From: Utricularia gibba
Taxonomy: Eukaryota > Plantae > Magnoliophyta
Assembly (NCBI GenBank): GCA_002189035.1
Contig: NEEC01000380.1
Span: 1-20,058, forward strand
Reading direction: 5' to 3'
Length of the DNA stretch: 20,058 nt
Of this stretch, positions 1 to 10,231 are shown piece by piece; the first letter of the stretch is position 1; every line of letters begins with the position of its first letter. The notes below the pieces were generated by a model. That model saw nothing but the letters and a program-made list of their open reading frames with translations. It was not told the origin of the DNA and searched no databases. The translations under genes and the position numbers were made by a program.

Positions 1-3000
1 CGGCAAATAAAGTGATGTATTTATTAACGTTCAGTTTTCGGGGCTGCCTACATGGTTTTTCAAGGAACAGCTTCTCGTTTTGTGGCGGCCAGTCTCGCTG
101 GGAACTTGGTCCTTGACCCGATTATGTATGGCTCATGAGGTCAACCGGATGCAAATTGATTAAAAAAAATGATGCCTTTGTTTAAATTACGATATCACGT
201 GCACCCCACATGATTTTTTCAACAACTTACTTTATACTTGAGGAGGCGGTCTTGGGGTGCACCTAGAACGGGACAAAGGTCAGGTTTGGCTTGCGCCGAG
301 AGTTAGTTGTAGCTCGGAAATAAAGTGATGTATTTATTAACGTTCAGTTTTGGGGGGCTGCCTACATGGTTTTTCAAGGAACAGCTTCTCGTTTTGTGGC
401 GGCCAGTCTCGCTGGGAACTTGGTCCTTGACCCCGATTATGTATGGCTCATGAGGTCAACCGGATGCAAATCGATTAAAAAAATGATGCCTTTGTTTAAA
501 TTACGATATCACGTGCACCCCACATGATTTTTTCAACAACTTACTTTATACTTGAGGAGGCGGTCTTGGGGTGCACCTAGAACGGGACAAAGGTCAGGTT
601 TGGCTTGCGCCGAGAGTTAGTTGTAGCTCGGAAAATAAAGTGATGTATTTATTAACGTTCAGTTTTTGGGGGCTGCCTACATGGTTTTTCAAGGAACAGC
701 TTCTCGTTTTGTGGCGGCCAGTCTCGCTGGGAACTTGGTCCTTGACCCCGATTATGTATGGCTCATGAGGTCAACCGGATGCAAATTGATTAAAAAAAAT
801 GATGCCTTTGTTTAAATTACGATATCACGTGCACCCCACATGATTTTTTCAACAACTTACTTTATACTTGAGGAGGCGGTCTTGGGTGCACCTAGAACGG
901 GACAAAGGTCAGGTTTGGCTTGCGTGAGAGTTAGTTGTAGCTCGGAAATAAAGTGATGTATTTATTAACGTTCAGTTTTTGGGGGCTGCCTACATGGTTT
1001 TTCAAGGAACAGCTTCTCGTTTTGTGGCGGCCAGTCTCGCTGGGAACTTGGTCCTTGACCCCGATTATGTATGGCTCATGAGGTCAACCGGATGCAAATC
1101 GATTAAAAAAATGATGCTTTTGTTTAAATTACGATATCACGTGCACCCCACATGATTTTTTCAACAACTTACTTTATACTTGAGGAGGCGGTCTTGGGGT
1201 GCACCTAGAACGGGACAAAGGTCAGGTTTGGCTTGCGCCGAGAGTTAGTTGTAGCTCGGAAAATAAAGTGATGTATTTATTAACGTTCAGTTTTTGGGGG
1301 CTGCCTACATGGTTTTTCAAGGAACAGCTTCTCGTTTTGTGGCGGCCAGTCTCGCTGGGAACTTGGTCCTTGACCCCGATTCTGTATGGCTCATGAGGTC
1401 AACCGGATGGAAATCGATTAAAGAAAATGATGCCTTTGTTTAAATTACGATATCACGTGCACCCCACATGATTTTTTCAACAACTTACTTTATACTTGAG
1501 GAGGCGGTCTTGGGGTGCACCTAGAACGGGACAAAGGTCAGGTTTGGCTTGCGCCGAGAGTTAGTTGTAGCTCGGCAAATAAAGTGATGTATTTATTAAC
1601 GTTCAGTTTTTGGGGGCTGCCTACATGGTTTTTCAAGGAACAGCTTCTCGTTTTGTGGCGGCCAGTCTCGCTGGGAACTTGGTCCTTGACCCCGATTCTG
1701 TATGGCTCATGAGGTCAACCGGATGGAAATCGATTAAAGAAAATGATGCCTTTCTTTAAATTACGATATCACGTGCACCCCACATGATTTTTTCAACAAC
1801 TTACTTTATACTTGAGGAGGCGGTCTTGGGGTGCACCTAGAACGGGACAAAGGTCAGGTTTGGCTTGCGCCGAGAGTTAGTTGTAACTCGGCAAATAAAG
1901 TGATGTATTTATTAACGTTCAGTTTTGGGGGCTGCCTACATGGTTTTTCAAGGAACAGCTTCTCGTTTTTGTGGCGGCCAGTCTCGCTGGGAACTTGGTC
2001 CTTGACCCCGATTCTGTATGGCTCATGAGGTCAACCGGATGCAAATTGATTAAAAAAAATGATGCCTTTGTTTAAATTACGATATCACGTGCACCCCACA
2101 TGATTTTTTCAACAACTTACTTTATACTTGAGGAGGCGGTCTTGGGGTGCACCTAGAACGGGACAAAGGTCAGGTTTGGCTTGCGCCGAGAGTTAGTTGT
2201 AGCTCGGAAAATAAAGTGATGTATTTATTAACGTTCAGTTTTGGGGGGCTGCCTACATGGTTTTTCAAGGAACAGCTTCTCGTTTTGTGGCGGCCAGTCT
2301 CGCTGGGAACTTGGTCCTTGACCCCGATTCTGTATGGCTCATGAGGTCAACCGGATGCAAATCGATTAAAGAAAAATGATGCCTTTTTAAATTACGATAT
2401 CACGTGCACCCCACATGATTTTTTCAACAACTTGCTTTATACTTGAGGAGGCGGTCTTGGGTGCACCTGGAACGGGACAAAGGTCAGGTTTGGCTTGCGC
2501 CGAGAGTTAGTTGTAGCACGGCAAATAAAGTGATGTATTTATTAACGTTCAGTTTTCGGGGGCTGCCTACATGGTTTTTCAAGGAACAGCTTCTCGTTTT
2601 GTGGCGGCCAGTCTCGCTGGGAACTTGGTCCTTGACCCGATTCTGTATGGCTCATGAGGTCAACCGGATGCAAATTGATTAAAAAAAATGATGCCTTTGT
2701 TTAAATTACGATATCACGTGCACCCCACATGATTTTTTCAACAACTTACTTTATACTTGAGGAGGCGGTCTTGGGTGCACCTAGAACGGGACAAAGGTCA
2801 GGTTTGGCTTGCGCCGAGAGTTAGTTGTAGCTCGGAAAATAAAGTGATGTATTTATTAACGTTCAGTTTTGGGGGCTGCCTACATGGTTTTTCAAGGAAC
2901 AGCTTCTCGTTTTGTGGCGGCCAGTCTCGCTGGGAACTTGGTCCTTGACCCCGATTATGTATGGCTCATGAGGTCAACCGGATGGAAATCGATTAAGAAA

Positions 3001-6000
3001 ATGATGCCTTTGTTTAAATTACGATATCACGTGCACCCTACATGATTTTTTCAACAACTTACTTTATACTTGAGGAGGCGGTCTTGGGGTGCACCTGGAA
3101 CGGGACAAAGGTCAGGTTTGGCTTGCGCCGAGAGTTAGTTGTAGCTCGGAAAATAAAGTGATATATTTATTAACGTTCAGTTTTTGGGGGCTGCCTACAT
3201 GGTTTTTCAAGGAACAGCTTCTCGTTTTGTGGCGGCCAGTCTCGCTGGGAACTTGGTCCTTGACCCCGATTATGTATGGCTCGTGAGGTCAACCGGATGG
3301 AAATCGATTAAAGAAAATGATGCCTTTGTTTAAATTACGATATCACGTGCACCCCACATGATTTTTTCAACAACTTACTTTATACTTGAGGAGGCGGTCT
3401 TGGGGTGCACCTGAACGGGACAAAGGTCAGGTTTGGCTTGCGCCGAGAGTTAGTTGTAGCTCGGCAAATAAAGTGATGTATTTATAACGTTCAGTTTTTG
3501 GGGGCTGCCTACATGGTTTTTCAAGGAACAGCTTCTCGTTTTGTGGCGGCCAGTCTCGCTGGGAACTTGGTCCTTGACCCCGATTCTGTATGGCTCATGA
3601 GGTCAACCGGATGGAAATCGATTAAAGAAAATGATGCCTTTCTTTAAATTACGATATCACGTGCACCCCACATGATTTTTTCAACAACTTGCTTTATACT
3701 TGTGGAGGCGGTCTTGGGGTGCACCTGGAACGGGACAAAGGTCAGGTTTGGCTTGCGCAGAGAGTTAGTTGTAACACGGCAAAATAAAGTGATGTATTTA
3801 TTAACGTTCAGTTTTCGGGGCTGCCTACATGGTTTTTCAAGGAACAGCTTCTCGTTTTGTGGCGGCCAGTCTCGCTGGGAACTTGGTCCTTGACCCGATT
3901 ATGTATGGCTCATGAGGTCAACCGGATGCAAATTGATTAAAAAAAATGATGCCTTTGTTTAAATTACGATATCACGTGCACCCCACATGATTTTTTCGAC
4001 AACTTACTTTATACTTGAGGAGGCGGTCTTGGGGTGCACCTAGAACGGGACAAAGGTCAGGTTTGGCTTGCGCCGAGAGTTAGTTGTAGCTCGGAAAATA
4101 AAGTGATGTATTTATTAACGTTCAGTTTTGGGGGGCTGCCTACATGGTTTTTCAAGGAACAGCTTCTCGTTTTGTGGCGGCCAGTCTCGCTGGGAACTTG
4201 GTCCTTGACCCCGATTCTGTATGGCTCATGAGGTCAACCGGATGGAAATCGATTAAAGAAAATGATGCCTTTCTTTAAATTACGATATCACGTGCACCCC
4301 ACATGATTTTTTCAACAACTTGCTTTATACTTGTGGAGGCGGTCTTGGGGCACCTGGAACGGGACAAAGGTCAGGTTTGGCTTGCGCGAGAGTTAGTTGT
4401 AACACGGAAATAAAGTGATGTATTTATTAACGTTCAGTTTTCGGGGGCTGCCTACATGGTTTTTCAAGGAACAGCTTCTCGTTTTGTGGCGGCCAGTCTC
4501 GCTGGGAACTTGGTCCTTGACCGCGATTATGTATGGCTCATGAGGTCAACCGGATGGAAATCGATTAAAGAAAATGATGCCTTTCTTTAAATTACGATAT
4601 CACGTGCACCCCACATGATTTTTTCAACAACTTGCTTTATACTTGTGGAGGCGGTCTTGGGGTGCACCTGGAACGGGACAAAGGTCAGGTTTGGCTTGCG
4701 CAGAGAGTTAGTTGTAACACGGCAAATAAAGTGATGTATTTATTAACGTTCAGTTTTCGGGGGCTGCCTACATGGTTTTTCAAGGAACAGCTTCTCGTTT
4801 TGTGGCGGCCAGTCTCGCTGGGAACTTGGTCCTTGACCGCGATTATGTATGGCTCATGAGGTCAACCGGATGCAAATTGATTAAAAAAAAATGATGCCTT
4901 TGTTTAAATTACGATATCACGTGCACCCCACATGATTTTTTCAACAACTTACTTTATACTTGAGGAGGCGGTCTTGGGGTGCACCTAGAACGGGACAAAG
5001 GTCAGGTTTGGCTTGCGTTGAGAGTTAGTTGTTGCTCGGAAAATAAAGTGATGTATTTATTAACGTTCAGTTTTGGGGGGCTGCCTACATGGTTTTTCAA
5101 GGAACAGCTTCTCGTTTTGTGGCGGCCAGTCTCGCTGGGAACTTGGTCCTTGACCCCGATTATGTATTGCTCATGAGGTCAACCGGATGCAAATTGATTA
5201 AAAAAAAATGATGCCTTTGTTTAAATTACGATATCACGTGCACCCCACATGATTTTTTTCGACAACTTACTTTATACTTGAGGAGGCGGTCTTGGGGTGC
5301 ACCTAGAACGGGACAAAGGTCAGGTTTGGCTTGCGCCGAGAGTTAGTTGTAGCTCGGAAAATAAAGTGATATATTTATTAACGTTCAGTTTTTGGGGGCT
5401 GCCTACATGGTTTTTCAAGGAACAGCTTCTCGTTTTTGTGGCGGCGAGTCTCGCTGGGAACTTGGTCCTGGACCCCGATTCTGTATGGCTCATGAGGTCA
5501 ACCGGATGGAAATCGATTAAAGAAAATGATGCCTTTCTTTAAATTACGATATCACGTGCACCCCACATGATTTTTTCAACAACTTGCTTTATACTTGTGC
5601 AGGCGGTCTTGGGGCGCACCTGGAACGGGACAAAGGTCAGGTTTGGCTTGCGCCTAGAGTTAGTTGTAACACGGAAAATAAAGTGATGTATTTATTAACG
5701 TTCAGTTTTTGGGGGCTACCTACATGGTTTTTCAAGAAACAGCTTCTCGTTTTGTGGCGGCCAGTCTCGCTGGGAACTTGGTCTTTGACCGCGATTATGT
5801 ATTGCTCATGAGGTCAACCGGATGCAAATTGATTAAAAAAAATGATGCCTTTGTTTAAATTACGATATCACGTGCACCCACATGATTTTTTCAACAACTT
5901 ACTTTATACTTGAGGAGGCGGTCTTGGGGTGCACCTAGAACGGGACAAAGGTCAGGTTTGGCTTGCGCCGAGAGTTAGTTGTAGCCCGGCAAAGAATGTG

Positions 6001-8666
6001 ATGTATTTCTTAACGTTCGGTTTTCGGGGGCTGCCTACATGGTTTTTCAAGGTAACAGCTTCTCGTTTTGTGGCGGCCAGTCTCACTAGGAACTTGGTAC
6101 GGGCCCCCGATTCTTTATGGCTCATGAGGTCAACCGGATGCAAATTGATTAAAAAAAATGATGCCGTTGTTTAAATTACGATATCACGTGCACCCCACAT
6201 GATTTTTTCGACAACTTACTTTATACTTGAGGAGGCGGTCTTGGGGTGCACCTAGAACGGGACAAAGGTCAGGTTTGGCTTGCGCCGAGAGTTAGTTGTA
6301 GCTCGGAAAATAAAGTGATATATTTATTAACGTTCAGTTTTTGGGGGCTGCCTACATGGTTTTTCAAGGAACAGCTTCTCGTTTTGTGGCGGCGAGTCTC
6401 GCTGGGAACTTGGTCCTTGACCCCGATTATGTATGGCTCGTGAGGTCAACCGGATGGAAATCGATTAAGGAAAATGATGCCTTTGTTTAAATTACGATAT
6501 CACGTGCACCCTACATGATTTTTTCAACAACTTACTTTATACTTGAGGAGGCGGTCTTGGGGTGCACCTGGAACGGGACAAAGGTCAGGTTTGGCTTGCG
6601 CCGAGAGTTAGTTGTAGCTCGGAAAATAAAGTGATATATTTATTAACGTTCAGTTTTTGGGGGCTGCCTACATGGTTTTTCAAGGAACAGCTTCTCGTTT
6701 TTGTGGCGGCGAGTCTCGCTGGGAACTTGGTCCTTGACCCCGATTATGTATGGCTCGTGAGGTCAACCGGATGGAAATCGATTAAGGAAAATGATGCCTT
6801 TGTTTAAATTACGATATCACGTGCACCCTACATGATTTTTTCAACAACTTACTTTATACTTGAGGAGGCGGTCTTGGGGTGCACCTGGAACGGGACAAAG
6901 GTCAGGTTTGGCTTGCGCCGAGAGTTAGTTGTAGCTCGGCAAATAAAGTGATGTATTTATTAACGTTCAGTTTTTGGGGCTGCCTACATGGTTTTTCAAG
7001 GAACAGCTTCTCGTTTTGTGGCGGCCAGTCTCGCTAGGAACTTGGTCCTTGACCCCGATTCTGTATGGCTCATGAGGTCAACCGGATGGAAATCGATTAA
7101 AGAAAATGATGCCTTTCTTTAAATTACGATATCACGTGCACCCCACATGATTTTTTCAACAACTTGCTTTATACTTGTGGAGGCGGTCTTGGGGTGCACC
7201 TGGAACGGGACAAAGGTCAGGTTTGGCTTGCGCAAGAGTTAGTTGTAACACGGCAAATAATGTGATGTATTTATTAACGTTCAGTTTTCGGGGGCTGCCT
7301 ACATGGTTTTTCAAGGAACAGCTTCTCGTTTTGTGGCGGCCAGTCTCGCTGGGAACTTGGTCCTTGACCGCGATTATGTATGGCTCATGAGGTCAACCGG
7401 ATGCAAATTGATTAAAAAAAATGATGCCTTTGTTTAAATTACGATATCACGTGCACCCCACATGATTTTTTCAACAACTTACTTTATACTTGAGAAGGCG
7501 GTCTTTGGGTGCACTTGGAACCGGAAAAGATCAGCTTAGGCCTTGGCCCAAAGTAAGTTGTAGACCGGCAAAGAAAGTGATGTATTTATTAACGTTCGGT
7601 TTTCGGTTTTGCCTACATGGTTTTTCAAGGAACAGCTTCTCGTTTTGTGGCGGCCAGTCTCGCTTGGAACTTGGTCCTTCACCCCGATTCTGTATGGCTC
7701 ATGAGGTCAACCGGATGCAAATCGATTAAAAAACTGATGCCTTTGTTTAAATTACGATATCACATGCACCCCACATGATTTTTTAAACAACTTGCTTTAT
7801 ACTTGTGGAGGCGGTCTTGGGGTGCACCTGGAACGGGACAAAGGTCAGGGTCAGCTTGGGCCGAGAGTTAGTTGTAGCCCGGCAAATAAAATGTTGGTCC
7901 GGCCCCCGATTCTTTATGACTCATGAGGACAAAGGATGCAAATCGATGAATACAATGATGCATTTGTTTAAATGACGATATCACGTGCACCCTACATGAT
8001 TTTTTCAACAACTTACTTTATACTTGAGGAGGTGGTCTTGGGGGGCAAGGGGAACCGGAAAAAGGTCAGCTTAGGCTTGGGCCGAAAGTAAGTTGTAGCC
8101 CGGCAAATAAAGTGATGTATTTCTTAACGTTTGGTTTTCGGGGTTGCCTACATGGTTTTTCAAGGTACAGCTTCTTGTTTTGTGGCGGCCAGTCTCACTA
8201 GGAACTTGGTCCGGGCCCCCGATTCTTTATGGCTCATGAGTACAAAGGATGCAAATCGATGAATACAATGATGCATTTGTTTAAATTACGATATCACGTG
8301 CATCCTACATGATTTTTTCAACAACTTACTTTATACTTGAGGAGGTGCTCTTCGGGGGCAAGAGGAACCGGAAAGAGGTCAGCTTAGGCTTGGGCTGAAA
8401 GTAAGTGTTATCCCGGCAAAGAAAGTGATGTATTTATTAACGTTCGGTTTTTCAGGGTTGCCTTTATGGTTTTACAAGGTACAACTTCCCGTTTTGTGGC
8501 GGCCAGTCTCACTAGGAACTTGGTCCGGGCCCCCGATTCTTTATGCCTCATGAGGACAAAGGATGCAAATCGATGAATACAATGATGCATTTGTTTAAAT
8601 TACGATATCACGTGCACCCTACATGATTTTTTCAACAACTTACTTTATACTTGAGGAGGTGGTCTT
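1..8666 (+). repeat. Tandem satellite array, ~315-bp monomer (about 27.8 copies), mostly the homogeneous subfamily A; subfamily B from ~7890
   Basis: The anchor GATATCACGTGCAC recurs at 191, 505, 821, 1133, 1449, 1765, 2081 ... 7443, 7756, 7977, 8290, 8604 (28 anchors). Spacing is 312-318 bp except one 221-bp unit. The near-identical 65-aa ORFs in the track repeat with the same period. Confidence 0.99.
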
Positions 8667-8941
8667 CGATGTGTCCCTCTAATCTATAGAGATTAGCAAC
8701 CCACAAAAAAGAGGTGATTTTGAAGCTTAGAAGAGAACCCACCGAAGTCTACCCTCAAGAGAATAAATCTCTTGCAACCAGACTTCGAAACAAAGAAAAT
8801 TAGGAGCCACACTTCAGAAAAGAGAGATTGATTGGAAGTGATAATCCTAGAACGCCACAAGCTCAAAGCTTGATAAGTTAAGAGTGTTCAAGCACTCAAA
8901 GGAGAGGGGAATCCTCACAAGATACATAAAATGACCAAAGA
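8667..8941 (-). repeat. 3' LTR, distal (R/U5-side) part
   Basis: Matches 15395-15668. The plus strand reads CGATGTGTCCC versus TGATGTGACCC at 15395, so the terminal base is mutated or lost. Together with 9548-9875 it rebuilds a 603-bp LTR. Confidence 0.95.
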
Positions 8942-9542
8942 TGATGAGCCCCAGGAAGATAATGAAGTGTATTTGAAGAATGATGAGGAGTTTGTTCAAG
9001 TGAACAAATTAGAAAGAAAGATGTTTCCACCAGGACCAATGACTAGGAGCAAGACAAAGATGGTTGAAGATACACTTAAGGGTCTACTCAATACCATTGG
9101 AATCAAAGATGGGCTTGAAGACATCCATCAAAAGAGGTCAACTACTTGAAGATGGACTTAACTTAGAGCATTGGGCTTGTTAGACTTTTCTATTTCATTT
9201 AGTTTGGACTATGTAATGTTAGAGCTCAATTCTAGAGTATATTTACTCTAGAGATGTACTAATTCAGGATCTTTGGTCATTTTATGTATCTTGTGAGATT
9301 CCTCTCTCCTTTGAGTGCTTGAACACTCTTAACTTATCAAGCTTTGAGCTTGTGGCGTTCTAGGATTATCACTTCCAATCAATCTCTCTTTTCTGAAGTG
9401 TGGCTCCTAATTTTCTTTGTTTCGAAGTCTGGTTGCAAGAGATTTATTCTCTTGAGGGTAGACTTCGTGGGGTTCTCTCTAAGCTTCAAAATCACCTCTT
9501 TTTTGTGGGTTGCTAATCTCTATAGATTAGAGGGTCACATCA
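8942..9542 (+). mobile_element. Solo LTR (601 bp) of the same CRM family, inverted relative to its host, flanked by a 5-bp TSD
   Basis: Reads TGATGAGCCCC...GTCACATCA on the plus strand and is the reverse complement of 15395-15997 at about 99% identity by eye. It is flanked by AAAGA at 8937-8941 and 9543-9547; the uninterrupted 5' LTR has a single AAAGA (15664-15668). No PBS or PPT is adjacent. Confidence 0.96.
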
Positions 9543-9875
9543 AAAGATCCTGAATTAGTACATCTCTAGAGTATTTATACTCTAGAATTGGGCTCTAACA
9601 TTACATAGTCCAAACTAAATGAAATAGAAAAGTCTAACAAGCCCAATGCTCTAAGTTAAGTCCATCTTCAAGTAGTTGACCTCTTTTGATGGGATGTCTT
9701 CAAGCCCATCTTTGATTCCAATGGTATTGAGTAGACCCTTAAGTGTATCTTCAACCATCTTTGTCTTGCTCCTAGTCATTGGTCTGGTGGAATCATCTTT
9801 CTTTCTAATTTGTTCACTTGAACAAACTCCTCATCATTCTTCAAATACACTTCATTATCTTCCTGGGGCTCATCA
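9543..9875 (-). repeat. 3' LTR, PPT-proximal (U3-side) part
   Basis: Begins TGATGAGCCCC at 9875, directly after the PPT. It matches 15664-15997 apart from 4 substitutions and a 1-bp deletion. Positions 9543-9547 are the duplicated AAAGA. Confidence 0.96.
9572..9579 (-). promoter_or_regulatory. Candidate LTR TATA box (TATAAATA) inside a 22-bp palindrome (9565-9586)
   Basis: The minus strand reads TCTAGAGTATAAATACTCTAGA, about 300 bp into the LTR. The equivalent sites in the 5' LTR (15686-15707) and solo LTR (9231-9252) read TATATTTA. Function is inferred from motif and position only. Confidence 0.5.
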
Positions 9876-10231
9876 TCCCCCCTTTCTTTACGAAGATTCG
9901 TCCCTGAATCTGTATCCATGTCGAAAAGAGACAAATCAGCAACATTGAAAGTTGAATGAACAGAATACTCACCTGGTAAATCTAGCTTGTACGCATTATC
10001 ATTAACGCGCTCAACAACTTGGAAAGGGCCATCTCCACGAGGTAGAAGTTTGGACTTTCTCTTTGTGGGAAATCTCTCCTTCCTAAGATGAAGCCAAACC
10101 CAATCTCCAGGTTCAAATACAACTTTGCGTCTCCCCTTGTTTGCTGCTGATGCATACTTTGCATTGTTGCATTCAATCTGTTGTTTCACCTTTTCATGCA
10201 ATTCTGATTGCATCAGCTCTCTTCTTGCCAT
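9651..10231 (-). pseudogene. Integrase C-terminus (GPY/F region) with a CR-type targeting motif encoded inside the 3' LTR
   Basis: KLLPRGDGPFQV...YKLDLP...STFNVADL, then DSGTNLRKERGDD at the PPT/LTR junction. GPMTRSKTK is intact in the other two LTR copies (15880-15906 minus, 9033-9059 plus) but frameshifted here at ~9784. Confidence 0.88.
9876..9889 (-). other. Polypurine tract
   Basis: Minus-strand AAAGAAAGGGGGGA directly abuts the TGATG start of the 3' LTR. Confidence 0.93.

Noticed and set aside
571-7729. Many near-identical 63-81 aa ORFs (MHLERDKGQVW...) that look like a tandem gene family
   Set aside because: They are the same satellite frame read once per monomer, mostly from GTG/TTG starts. 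Homopolymer indels shift them freely and they contain no recognisable domain. The same applies to the ORFs in 15900-19243.
1-8666. CRISPR array or rDNA (5S) tandem array
   Set aside because: The whole ~315-bp unit is repeated, with no unique spacers and no cas genes. I recognise no 5S rRNA or tRNA coding sequence in the monomer.
8931-9149. 72-aa plus-strand ORF (MTKDDEPQED...) as a new small gene
   Set aside because: It is the integrase tail carried by the solo LTR, fused by chance to an ATG in the host LTR's opposite strand. No promoter or conservation evidence supports it.
8942-9542. Autointegration product or a simple inversion as the origin of the inverted LTR copy
   Set aside because: The extra copy is a complete additional LTR with its own private variants and a 5-bp TSD. 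An inversion would not add sequence, and an autointegrated circle has no free ends left to integrate.
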